The translations under genes were made by a program, and so were the position numbers. From Antedon mediterranea (lineage: Eukaryota > Animalia > Echinodermata), in the NCBI RefSeq assembly GCF_964355755.1, contig NC_092671.1, positions 27,044,070 to 27,108,069 of the forward strand: DNA of 64,000 nt. Reading direction: 5' to 3'. How positions within the stretch are numbered: the stretch's first letter is position 1; each line of letters opens with the position of its first letter. Under the pieces are notes generated by a model. That model was not told where the DNA came from and made no database searches. It saw only the letters and a program-made list of their open reading frames with translations. Positions 13,302 through 26,140 of this stretch are shown here, piece after piece.

Positions 13302-15008
13302 TATTTGGAATCTTGATTTAATAAAAAAGTATTGTTTTCTTATCCTGGTATGCACATATTTTTACGTCAGCTCAATAAATCTATTCTTATATTGATATTT
13401 GTTACACAATACAATTAATACTTTCATGCTTCATTGCACATTTGACCCTTAACCTTTCATTTCAATCTGGCATGTGTGGAGTCGATCTTTTGATGTACTT
13501 TGTACTAGAGTTTATAAACACTTATTATGAACAGAAGGGAAATTACCATTGACTAAATAACAGGTATTTTAATTTAAAATAATTGTAGTGTGAAAGTGTA
13601 ACAATTGCCATAGAGTAAATTCACAATTCGAACATATTAGGGGACACTTTAAACAGTCGACTATCTTCAAGTAATACTTAACGGAAATTCTTAAGTACAG
13701 TATGTGTTGACTTTAGTAAAACACTTTTATGGGAATATCTTACTTAAGTGTGATCATAGAGATATACTTTATACTGTATGATTGGTTACTTACAATACAG
13801 TACAGCACAGATAATTTTAATTGAAGACTATTTGAATTGAAGGGTTCAGATCTTGGCTATTAATATTATAATGAATTGTTTTATTTAACTTTCATCAAGC
13901 AATGGACATAGGTTCAGTACAATTAGTACTGTAGGCCTTTACCTAAATATAGGTTTCAATGGGTTAGTACACTTATTTTGAGGTTATTTTAAATGGTTGT
14001 AGGGCCTAGTAACTGTATGTATTGTCTACTGTAAATTTAACACACTCTATATCACACATACTGTACAGTTACCAATAAAATAGACCAATGTTGCCTCTAC
14101 TGGTCTGACCTTACATTTCCAGTTAGTCCCTAGTATCCTTGATTTTTAGAGCTTATCACCTCCTTTTTTTATGATTGTTTTCTCACCAAAAATCTGGGCT
14201 ATACTGTAGGTAGTGAATTAGACAATAACCACCCGGACAATAACCAGTAGGACAATACCCAGCCACCTATTATGGACTGCACCATTGTACTTAAATTTGA
14301 AATCCAACATACTGTTATTTTGAACAACATTTCCTCAAACATGTTATTTCACAATTAACAATTAAAATATTGCATTAGATAGCACTGTTTACAACGACGC
14401 CAAGATAGTCAACAAAAGAAAACAATTTTTTTTTCTACTGTAAGCCTTGTTTTGCGAATTAACAGCCCACTGCTGGATTATACATGTTAGTACTGTACAA
14501 AACATCCGGTGTCCCCAAAATATGGATAGAAGTGGGTGGTGAGATGAACTTTTTTAATAACCTGGAAACTGGTCATTGAGACACAGTAATAGTAGGCCTC
14601 ACAACTGGAAAGAGCACCTTGCACATTAGTAACATTATTAGAATAAGTTTTGTATAGTCATCAAATTAAGAAAAAAACCAGCCAGTTTGTCTAACGGTAA
14701 TTCAGTCTAAAACGCTTCTGGTTCAAACACTTTAAATATTGGCATAATGTTATATGAAATAAAGGTGTTTACCTTTACTGGTTCAGTAGGTATAATCAGA
14801 AGTCAGTAGACCGTAAAAGGTGACACAGCTAATAAATTTTACATAATAACCTTAATAATACCTGTAATATATTCTTGTACCTCAGAGTATGGCAAATAAT
14901 ACTGTAATGTAATGATAATTATATAAATATAATAGTTTACAGTTTTGGTAGTTGAATTCTTTGCAAATATATTTTTCCATTTGTTTTATTCCCATTCATT
15001 TAGCTTTG

Positions 15009-15300
15009 TTACCTCCGCCAAGGAGTTTACAGTATGTGGTCGATCGTGTGTGTTTGTTTGTTAGCAGGATTATGTGCAAAGTTATTGCCAGATCTTTAGA
15101 AAATTGAAACCACAGATAGATATGTGGTCACGGATCACTCAATTAAATTTTGAAGGCAATCCCGACGAGGATTCTCAACTATTTTTGTATGCAGTCGATC
15201 GTGTTTGTTTGTTACCTTCGCCAAGGAGGCTAAGTAGTTGTATGCAGGCCCGGGTTGGATGGTGTGCTCTGTGATTACTCAAAAAGTTATTGCCAAATTT
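15009..15300 (+). mobile_element. HINE-like family B, partial/tandem 5' fragments
   Basis: TTACCTCCGCCAAGGAG head and (GTTT)n; a second head TTACCTTCGCCAAGGAGG at about 15212. Homologous to the minus-strand copy at 17118-17405. Confidence 0.55.
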
Positions 15301-16268
15301 GATGAGAATGTGCTGAATACATGACAGTAGTCATGTGGTTCATTGTGAAAACAAAAAGTCATCTATTGAAAGGTTTAACATCATGACAGCAAGTATATTC
15401 ATGTGTACACTGTAGATCAAGATATTGGATATTAGACCAGTTTGCCAGCTAGTCATATAATCAGGATGATCATGTCCAAGTTGTACATACGAAAAACCCA
15501 GAACCAAATATCAATATGATGGTGCCATAAATTTGACAATACTCTGACAAAATATGTGCCTACTGTACGTATGGTGGTCGCAGGCCTATCTATGCTCATG
15601 AATTTTAAGTTTTTTTTGTGAATAAAAAAGAAGATATTACAGAAGAACAAGAATGTACAGTACTGTACTCATACACAGTAATGATAGTAGCCAAAATGAC
15701 AATTAGTTTGGTTCTTTTGCATAATTCCTATTCATTCAATAGGAAATAACTGGTAGTACAGTATGAGACTTTAATTGCTACCTGTATTGCTACACTGTAG
15801 GTTATTGACCTCCAAATCCTTGTCTAATAATGACATCTTGTACAAAAATGTCTCTGTGCAATCAAAATAGACTTGTTCAGTCATTCCTTGGGGAATTTTC
15901 TTATGTCAATTTTACTCGGCAAGAAAAATTAATTATAGTATGTGCCTTTGTTCATGGTATTATTAATGCTATGCATGAATGTGTCGGACAAACGAGTATA
16001 CCTTATTATCATCAGATAATAAGTAATTATTTTTAATAATGGTTTTTTTTGCGACCCAGGTTATAGCAATACTTTATAACATAACAATAGATAAAAATAC
16101 TGATGATTATAGACTACAGTACATTATTATATATTATCCAACATGGAACGAAGTATGCATTTTTTTGTTGATAAGAAATTAACGTTTGGGACCCAGGTTT
16201 TAGTGGACGTTTTTAGTAGCTTTGGTCTCTAATAATTATCATTTCATCTACAGTACAGAAAGAATTTA

Positions 16269-18394
16269 TAGTCTAGGACAAAAATCTGAAAAGATGCTTA
16301 GAAATCAATTTAGGGGGAGTGGAATGTTAGAGGCTGTCAACATAGCCAGATATCCTAATTAATCCCTTCTGATCACTCTAGGCCCTGTTGACACTTAATT
16401 TTTTGCCTCGTCTTGAAATGGCGGCCATTTTACAAAATGGCCGCCAATTTTATATAAAATGTGCATAAAATCGGATCTAAATAAGATAGATGCACGATCT
16501 TGGTGTCTAAACACATGTACTTCAGACACGGAATCCATTAGGCCTTGTTCAAACTTCAATTTTTGCCTAGTATTGAAATGGCGGCCATTTTTCAAAATGG
16601 CCGCCAATTTTATATAAAATGTGCATAAAATCAGTTCTAAATAAGGTAGATACAAAATCTTGGTGTCTAAACACAAATACTTCAGACACGGAATCCATTA
16701 GGCCTTGTTGACACTTCAGTTTTTGCCTCGTCTTGAAATGGCGGCTATTTTTCAAAATGGCCGCCATTTTTATATAAAATGTGGATAAAATCAGATCTAA
16801 ATAAGGTAGATACACAATCTTGGTGTCTAAACACATGTACTTCAGACACGGAATCCATTAGGCCTTGTTGACACTTCAGTTTTTGCCTCGTATTAAAATG
16901 GCAGCCATTTTTTAAAATGGCCGCCATTTTTATATAAAATATGCATAAAATCAGATCTAAAAAAGTTTTTTGGACAAGTAGTTCTCGAGAAAATGCAGAT
17001 TCAGTTTACTTTACTTTAAGACTGCTCGCCGGCTTTTGAAAATTCTCTCCTATCTCTTAAAAATAGCAGGTCTGAAAATAATACTAAAAAGTGGTCCAAA
17101 ATTGGGACCGTGGTCCGGATTGCCTCCAAAATGTAATGGAGTGGAACTTGACCACATATCTATCTAACCCTAATTTTGGTAAAGATCTTGCAATAACTTT
17201 TTGAGTAATCCTGCTAACAAACAGACAAACAAATGAAAGCACTCAGAAACTGAGTGAAGTACTTGGCAAAATATATCCACTGATAGGGAGCATGTTGAAT
17301 GATACATTTTTTTGCTTTAGATATTAGCTTGACATAGTTCAAATCCAGCTGGGGTTTATAATTTGGGTACGCGATAGACTACATATATCTCCTTAGCGGA
17401 GGTAAATAATATTAGTTTATGTAGGCCTAATAGGAGGGCCTACACAGTCAAGATGAAACATCTGTGAAGTTACATGCAAATGAATTCAACAAAAGCTGAT
17501 GCTTTAAAATCCTAGTCATGGCTCTATACAAACTAAACCTTTACCAATTTGTAAAACAAATTCCAGATTTTCGATTTCATGAACAGATAAATTAGGTAAC
17601 CGTTTTGAAAAATGTTAGCTACTGTGCACTTAACTTTAAAAATTAATTAATTAATGGATTCCTTGCCTGAAAAAAACATGTGTTTAGACACCAAGATCGG
17701 GCATATACCTTATTTAGATCCGATTTTATGCACATTTCTATAAAATTAGCGGCCATTTTGAAAAATGGCCGCTATTTCAATACGAGGCAAAATCTGAAGT
17801 GTCAACAAGGCCTAATGGATTCCGTGTCTGAAGTACATGTGTTTAGACACCAAGATTGTGTATCTACCTTATTTAGATCTGATTTTATCCACATTTTATA
17901 TAAAAATGGCGGCCATTTTGAAAAATGGCTGCCATTTTAATACGAGGCAAAAACTAAAGTGTCAACAAGGCCTAATGGATTCCATGTCTGAAGTACATGT
18001 GTTTAGACACCAAGATTGTGTATCTACCTTATTTAGATCTGATTTTATCCACATTTTATATAAAAATGGCGGCCATTTTGAAAAATGGCTGCCATTTTAA
18101 TAAGAGGCAAAAACTGAAGTGTCAACAAGGCCTAATGGATTCCGTGTCTGAAGTACATGTGTTTAGACACCAAGATTGTGTATCTACCTTATTTAGATCT
18201 GATTTTATCCACATTTTATACAAAAATGGCGGCCATTTTGAAAAATGGCCGCCATTTCAAGACGAGGCAAAAAATTAAGTGTCAACAGGGCTTAGAGTGA
18301 TCAGAAGGGTTTAATTAGGATATCTGGCTATGTTGACAGCCTCTAACATTCCACTCCCCCTAACTCATTTTTTTCACATTTTTTGCCTAGACTA
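16269..18394. mobile_element. Foldback-type element with about 700-bp inverted arms built from 160-bp tandem units (Academ-like termini)
   Basis: TTA|TAGTCTAGG ... CCTAGACTA|TTA. Left-arm units start at 16381, 16541, 16701 and 16861; the right arm (about 17655-18394) is the reverse complement. Confidence 0.75.
17118..17405 (-). mobile_element. HINE-like family B fragment inside the foldback spacer
   Basis: Reverse complement of 15009-15160 (CTCCTTAGCGGAGGTAA, ATCCTGCTAACAAACAGACAAAC, GACCACATATCTATCT). Confidence 0.5.
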
Positions 18395-18464
18395 TTACTG
18401 CTTCGTATCTACGCGTAACCTTTCGTAGGCTACGCGTATGTAGATCCTAGGTCATTGTTCTCTC

Positions 18465-18680
18465 CTACGATGTATTGTTCATAGCCTACGATGTATTGTT
18501 CTTTCCTACGATGTATTGTTCTTTCCTACGATGTATTGTTCGTAGTCTACGATGTATTGTTCTCTCCTACCATGTATTTTTCGTAGCCTACGATGTATTG
18601 TCCTTAGCCTACGATGTATTGTTCGTAGCCTTCGATGTATTGTTCGTAGCCTTCGATGTATTATTCGTAGTCTACGATGT
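18465..18680. repeat. 21-bp minisatellite (CCTACGATGTATTGTTCGTAG), about 10 copies
   Basis: Directly visible tandem periodicity. Confidence 0.9.
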
Positions 18681-20254
18681 GTTGTTATGAAATCTAGGCT
18701 ACGCCTCAATCGTAGAGTGGTTCGTAGAAGCATAGACAATGCAAACAAACAATGTATTGTTTGCTAATTAAAATCCTATCTAAAGATAGTAGACGTCAAT
18801 TTTTGTAGCCGCCCTACTCATCGGTTATCCTAATTTGGACGGAAATCCGCCGACGAAACGACATTGGGCCGGTGGACCTCAGCTCACGTAGAGAGAGCCG
18901 AGGCTAGCCTGTTTCGGCGGCCTACACTATAAATGATTTAATCTTACCTTGTTGGGTTAGCGAATTAAAAAAACGACACCTAGGCTAGGACACCAACAAA
19001 ATATATGCAAAATAAATATATATTCCATATTAAGATTTAACATACATAGACCTTTTTTTAAAAAAATGATTACGACATGTATAAAGAAAAAGGCCCGACC
19101 AGAATTTGGAGGGGAAAAAACATGTGAGCTGAGCAGTTTAGAGAGAGTTTTATGTTTCATTTCATGTGACACAAAATTCAGGTACACGATCTTAATTACT
19201 GTTTTCTATTGAAAATTTCTATTGATCATACATTCCAATAATTATCGATCTATAGTTTCCCCTATGTTTCATAATTTTTGGGATTTTATTTGTGTTACAC
19301 GAGCTTGTTGAAAATAAGCACTTTCTTATCAGTGGGGGGATAGTTCAAATTACACAGTAAAATCTCTATTCTTTTGTACACAAATTTTGTAAATAGAGAG
19401 GCATTTTAAAAAGCTACGAAAAGTAAACAGTGTGGTAAAAATTTTTTTCAGATGATTAAGTATAGGTAATATAACTTGAATATTACATTTCTGGAATTTT
19501 TATTCAACTTCAAATTTTTATTTTCATGCTATAGCAAAAATTATCCACCGTATATCCACCATCTTTTTTCACCTTCTAGGGAGTCACAAGACATGTTATT
19601 ACATTACGTTAACTACCTAACTACTGAAAAAAGGTCTTCCTGGTTTTTATGGAAGAATTTTGCAAAATTTTGTATTTGGCCATATTAAGGGAAATTCATG
19701 TTTTTTCGTCTTGATTTCTGTTACAAATATTTGATTTATGTACAATTAACCAAATATTATATTTAAAATTCATGCCTGTACCTGAGCTTTAAAGTGGTTT
19801 TATGGGAAAATTTGAAGGAAATGTTCACTTGGGTCTCCCAAACTGTGGTTTTTGGGCTCTAATTACAGCAAGTCTTTAATTGAAGGGAGGGCTATAATGG
19901 TGAAATATAGGCGGATCATTTGTGGCCATATCAGAACGTCAGTATAGTAGTTTTTATCATTCTTCCGTCAAATTATGCTTACATGTTTCTGAGCATGCAC
20001 ATATTTGGACCAAAGTCTGTATTTATTAATTATAGAAAAAGTTAGTTTGGGAAGCCCTGTATTACATGACATGACATGACCTGAATAAAAAGAATATTTT
20101 TTAAATAGTCAAAGAGTCAACTATTCTATTCAATGAAGTGGAGCCCCATTCAACGAATAAAACATTCATAATAACACAATTAATTAATCTGCTGCTTCTA
20201 TCTTTAATTTTATTTGAGGCATGATTTGGTTACGAATATGACTCTACATCAAGT

Positions 20255-20670
20255 ATTTGATTTGATTTGATTTGATTTATTTCGAAATATCCTTAAAAAT
20301 ATATACATATAATACAAATTGATAAACAAGAGACGACTAGAAACAATTAAACTTACATAAAAACACTTACATTGAACATAAAAAATGGATATAACAAGGA
20401 TAACACAAAAAGTTTAAAATTAATTAAACTTATTTCCATTGTGGTCCTTTAAGTTAAAAAAAAATTAAAAACTACCATACACTCAAAATACATAAAAAAT
20501 ATAAAAATTAAACTTCGCAGAAGGAAGTCTATTGAAAACATAATTGATAAGTCTGAATTAAATTATAGATTGATCTGCTGCTTTTAAAATGTTGAAATAG
20601 TGGTTCTTAACATTACGTTTAAATATCCATAGACTTTGATTCAATCGGATTTCTTGTGGTAGAGCACAAC
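20255..20670 (-). mobile_element. 3' end of a CR1/L2-type LINE
   Basis: Minus strand reads LPQEIRLNQSLWIFKRNVKNHYF, typical of the ORF2 C-terminus, then a 3' UTR and an (AAATC)n tail. Confidence 0.6.
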
Positions 20671-21357
20671 AGCAAATAAAAAAGAAATTGTTAATTTAAT
20701 ATTAATGCCTTCAGCAAATTGCTTTTGTGTATGCTAATTCTCTCAATAGTGAAAAAGATGGTGTTTTCATTTTAACCATGTACTTTAGTTACTCAAAAAA
20801 CAGTACTATAGTATGCTTAAAACTGTCCCTACAAAATCCGGTTTAAACTATGTAGGAGATATCCCCTATTATTTCTTTCATCCCTTTCTATTCTTAGACT
20901 ACTGTACCCTATTGTAAACCCTATTGTATTACCTTCCCAATTGTATTGTGTGCCAAGTTCATTTTTAATGTTATGCAGATGTACTGTAGTGGAACTGTAA
21001 TGTAAGTAACACTAATTTATAATTTTGATGGGGACAAAAAAAACATGCAGTATAAACTTTCTAATTTAATTCAATCTTTATTTTGTTATTAAAACATGAG
21101 TACAATAAAGACAGTAAAAAATCCCTTAACATAGGTTGTAGGTATGTGTTCAGTTTCAATTTCAATATAAAATGGTAAAATTACATATATTTAAAAATGG
21201 CGTTAAAACAAGAAAACTATAATATAAATCTTGTAAAATTACAGATACAAACAACATTTACATGTATAAGACGTACATAATGCACAATAACACTTACAGT
21301 ATACTATAGTGTTATCCAACATTATCTGTATTGTGTTGATTTGTTCATACATACATT

Positions 21358-22660
21358 TGGAATCAGTGATATTGGTGGGAATGCATATGCCCATAGTCCG
21401 TCCCATTGTATGGACAGGGCATCCACTGCCCACGCACAAGCATCCCGGAACCGTGGGCAAAAAGTCGGGCCGCCCGAAGTGGTCGAATATAAGTGTGGCG
21501 ATGCTGGGTAGAAGGCGCCATTCCGTAGGACATACAGTAGTGTTTGTCGGGACAGGGCGTCCGCAACAACGTTGAGGCTGCCCGCAATGTGGACAGCCGA
21601 GAGTGTGATGTTGTTGTCTATGCACCACAACATCAGTGTCCACAGGTGGTAGCATAACGTCAGGACTTTGTGCCCCCTTGATGATTTATATATGCTACCA
21701 CGGTTGAATTGTCGGAATGGATATGGGCGTGACGACCGGTCAGGTGAGGCAGAAAGGCCTTCAGGGTCCTTTCGACTGCCCAGAGTTCTAGTTGGTTGGT
21801 GTGGGAGCGCACCTTGGCCGTCCAAATGCCGGAGGCGCGAAGTGCACTGGAGCAACCGCCCCAGCCTGTCTCGGACGTGTCCGATAATGATTTTTGAATT
21901 GGCATTCAACCTGCCTTTCACCAGCCACCACTCGAGATGCGTTTGAATGAATGCATTTGACGGGACCACTTTGAGTAGGGAGTCTATGTGCGGTTGATAA
22001 TAAGCCAGCAGATGAAGCTGTATAGGTCTCATGCGTAGCCGGCAATACGGAATTAAGGCAATGAAACTAGCCAGACAACCCAGTGCTCTGAGCCATTCGT
22101 AAGCCGTCGGAGCACGAGCAGATATTCGATTGCGTATTGCACTCATTGCAGACGCGATGCGTTGCTGGGATGGACACGCCAAGCCTGTCACAAGATTTAT
22201 CTGTGCTCCGAGGTAAATTGGTGATTGAGTCGGCACCAGGCACGACTTCTCCCGATTCACAATGAAACCTGCCTGTTCCGTTACGAGAAGGATGTATTGT
22301 AGACTGCTCATCAGTCTGTCCTTGGACTGGGCCACGACCAACCAATCGTTGAGGTACATGAACACTCTTATGCCATGTTTGTGGAAGAACGACGCCAGCG
22401 TTCTGACTATGCGTGTAACCACACGCGGAGCCGTTGAGAGTTCGAACGGCAAGGCAACGAATTGGTACAGCTGGTCGAGAATTCTGAAACTTAGCCACTG
22501 TCGATCTGCCTCTGCGATAGGAACGTGAAAGTAAGCATCTTTCAGGTCTACCGAGGCCTCCCAGTCTCCACGACTTAGACCCAGTAGGATGGATGAGATT
22601 GTCTCCATCCGGAACCTCTGGGGTCGAATGAACTGCTTGTTTAGACTCCATCAACTTACC
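21358..22660 (-). mobile_element. DIRS1-like retrotransposon RT-RNase H fragment, inactive
   Basis: FRMET, SVDLKDAYFHVPI, YQFVALPFELSTAP, YLND (decayed YLDD), HSDNSTVVAYINHQGGTKS, HIAGSLNVVADALSR, WAYAFPP. Several frameshifts; GC-rich island. Confidence 0.9.
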
Positions 22661-24376
22661 TTGGCTAGCTTCTGAAGGTCGATTTTCTTCTCTCGTTTGT
22701 GACGTATAGAACGTTCTCAAAACTTCGTGACTTGTCTTTGTGACAGTACGAAAAGAAATGATGACGGTAACACGTGGAAGTGGTCCCACAAGAGGGCGCT
22801 AGAGCAAACTGTACCATTCTTAATGAGGTGATAACTTCAGTAAAATTCTTCTTTTCGTAATTGTTTCGCACTTCGTGGAAAAGGGCTATTGTCGGGTTTA
22901 TCCAGGTAAGCAGCACTTATAGACTACCAACACTATTTCTGGTTTGTGTAATTATCTGTATGTATGTTGTGTTGATTTGTTAAATGCATATAGATATTAA
23001 ACATCAAGATAACTGCTAAGTTGAAAATTACTTGTTTACACATGCAGCAGATTGGGAAACCTGTTTTTTAATCAGAAAAAAAGTAGTGTTTTTTTGTAAC
23101 TGCCAGAGATAAAAAAACAGAACCGTCACTTGATGGCACTGATTTTGTTTCTGTACTGTAGGTTTTAGTGGTCCATTACGATCCGTACTATACTAGTACA
23201 ACAAGGTACAAATCTGTATTTAAAAAGTAGTATTAACCTTCCCAGTACAATCCTGGTCATTTGGATCCTGATGAGTACATCCATACAATAGCAACTATTT
23301 GTCTTGCACACGTACTGTTTAATGCAACCTTTGGTGAAAAGTGGGGATTTCAGATGCCATTTTGGCCATCATTATTACTATTTAGTTTCCAGAATTTTGG
23401 ACTTAATTTCCAGATTTGAAAGCTTTCAATGGATGCATGCCATAGCTTTAGCACAGATTTGCGAACTTTCTCTTTATATAGATACTGTATATTATTATGT
23501 GATGTTTATACAGTAATTATAAATTAATTGTTGTTGTAATATTAGCTAAAATTAAAAAAGCCACTATTCACCAAACTGCAATAGTACTGTATGCCTGTAA
23601 TCAATCAATGATGAACCATGATTTTAAAACGAAAGCTTTTAGGGTGTAACTGTTATTTTTTGTCTTCATGGTTGAAAGCTCTTAGTCTTATTATTATATA
23701 TTGGATTGTATATTAAAATATGTGCCAGCCACCCACTGTTTTTATAATAAAAAAAAGAAACTACAAGTAGGTGAGTCAATTTACACACTAAGGAAGGCAT
23801 GTGTAATTAGTGAGTTATTGTGTTTTTTTAAATAAAATAATAAATGTTAAAGAGTTGAATAGGAAGAACATTTTCATAAGTTGAAATCTTCACTGTTCTA
23901 TTCTATGGACAAGTTGGCTAACATAATACAGTATATACTGTTCTATCCCGTTGTACATAACTGGAATATTTACTATTACTTTAGTATTTAATTGAGTCAT
24001 CATTTTACTATTATTAAAGGCTGTACAGTAGGAGATTTAGTAAAATACCACATGATGATAGCAAACTGCTCCATGCAATTCCAAACAAAGAAAGCCATAT
24101 TCCCTACATTTTTTATCTAATTTCAGAGCACAAACTGCATTTGATGTAAATTTATTACTAAGGCTTAATGCAATAATTTTTTTTTCTTTAAACAGTAAAA
24201 ATGTGAAATATAAGTGGATTTTAATAATTTAAGCGACCCGCTATAAATAACAGCATGCATTGCGTGCGGATTGATATTTTTTATTTGCTTATGTGATGCA
24301 CCCACTTTTGATTGATTGCGAAGACAAAACAAATGGAAGAACCGTAATTTTTTTCACTGTTTTGTGTTGCAATTTT

Positions 24377-24468
24377 TACCTCCGCCAAGATATATTTCCC
24401 GGAGAAATCTTATGTAGGAGAATATTACAGTAGGCAGAGGTATGCACTCTCAGAGTGGCTTTCTAGTT
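24377..24468 (+). mobile_element. Miniature HINE-like family B element
   Basis: TACCTCCGCC ... GGCAGAGGTA subTIRs, 3' hairpin CACTCT-C-AGAGTG, CTAGTT end, T-rich flanks. Confidence 0.6.
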
Positions 24469-25447
24469 TTACTATTGTGTCAATATACAGTAGTGAACAA
24501 TGATTGTTTGTAGTGGAAGATTTCCTAGTAAAAATATGGAGACTGCCTGCCTCAAGATATTTTAGCATTTTATAGATATATTGGATTTCTAATTAGCTCT
24601 TCTCTTACTTATCAGGCAGTTGTTAACATTTGTAAAAGTAATTTATTAATTGTGAAGTCCTATAAAATAATTTTGTTCTCATTGTAGATCAAAAAATTAT
24701 GTTATATCAAAACTCAATAATTATGTTTGTTTATACTGTACCAACATGCAATCAAATCGTTTTTATAGTTTTTCTTAAAGTATTGAGTACAAAGTAGTGC
24801 ATGTCACTAACTATAGGCCCTACTGTAGATAATTGTACAGTAGTTGTTATACCTTGCAACTAGATTTATTCATGCAGTAAAGATGTTTAATTGAAGAAGC
24901 ATTTTTTATCATACATCATTGAGTTTGACGCCATACAACGGACAGACACTACCACCGTGGTCTGTGAGTTTGACAATTGGTAATGAACAGAGACAACTGA
25001 GCTCAGTGATGATGAAACTTCCATTTGCAATGCTACTCATAGGAAAGTTAATCGCAAACCTTTTAGAGATTGTGCTTCCACCCATTCTATTGTTTCTCCA
25101 GTAGAATAGATCTACTGTAGATCGAGGATAAAAATTAACCATGGAGTTGTAATATCAACAGATACAGTATTGAAAAAAACATTGTACTACTGTACTATTG
25201 TATTTGATTGAGAAATATCATTTCTATTTTTTTAGGAGTCTGAATCTAAAATAAAAATTATTGGATTGTTCCACAAGCCAGAACATTTTTAGAAAAGTTT
25301 AGCGTTGTGTCCAACAACTTGTATAAACATAGCCTTACACTGGGCGAAACTACATAATAGATGGTTAATTTTTAGAAAGTGTGCTTCCGACCATTCAAAA
25401 GTTCCTCCAGCTGAATGGATCTGAATAACAATGATTATAATTGACCT

Positions 25448-25720
25448 GAGCAGTGGTGTACTGTAGCACAGTGCATAGGTTTTGGACAATCGCGGGATTG
25501 GGAGTTCAAGACCCACGCATTGCTTAATGTCTTACGCAATAAACTTTACTTAGGTTGGCCTCGTACACAAGGGTGAAAATGGGTACCTGGTACGGTCAAA
25601 CCAATTTCACTGATTACACATACTAGATGCAAAATTATGGGAGTTGTCCATTTGTGTTTAATCCAATAACTGGGGTAATAAGGTGAATTGCTTTAGTAGC
25701 TTTGAGCATTAAGTACTACA
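25448..25720 (+). mobile_element. Old tRNA-derived SINE
   Basis: Decayed A-box (GTGGTGTA..GC), B-box GAGTTCAAGACCC, and a central GGGTGAAAATGGGTACCTGG resembling the Deu/Nin conserved domain. 3' end approximate. Confidence 0.5.
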
Positions 25721-26140
25721 GTTATTTTAGGATTGACATATCAACAATTTAGAGTGACCTTTCTATGATAATTTACGAGAAAAATATTATGATTGTAAAA
25801 TAAAACAAGCCAGAAGATAATTGAAGATTCTTCAAGAGCTGTTTCAGATCATCCAATTAAAGATAGTTGCATTAGATGGAAAGTAACAAAACAAAAACAG
25901 GGCGCACACAATGGTTCTGTACTATATTACTGTCATTTCAATTCATGTGCTATTTTGTGCCTAACAGTAGCTTACCTGGATAAACCTGGAAACATTTTTG
26001 GGTTATCCTAAGATATTTTATGGTCATTTTTGTGTGTAAAGTGCTTAGAAACAATGTATTAGGCGCTATATAAGACTACCATTATTGATATTGTTAAAAA
26101 TGTTAATTTCTATTTTACATTGCAGGTGTGCTGAGTAACT

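Noticed and set aside
16395-18767. Repeated ORFs (MCLDTKIVY..., YDVLFVA...)
   Set aside because: Translation artefacts of the 160-bp and 21-bp tandem repeats.
21239-22916. Overlapping ORFs around the DIRS fragment as separate genes
   Set aside because: Alternative or antisense frames of one GC-rich, frameshifted retroelement fragment.
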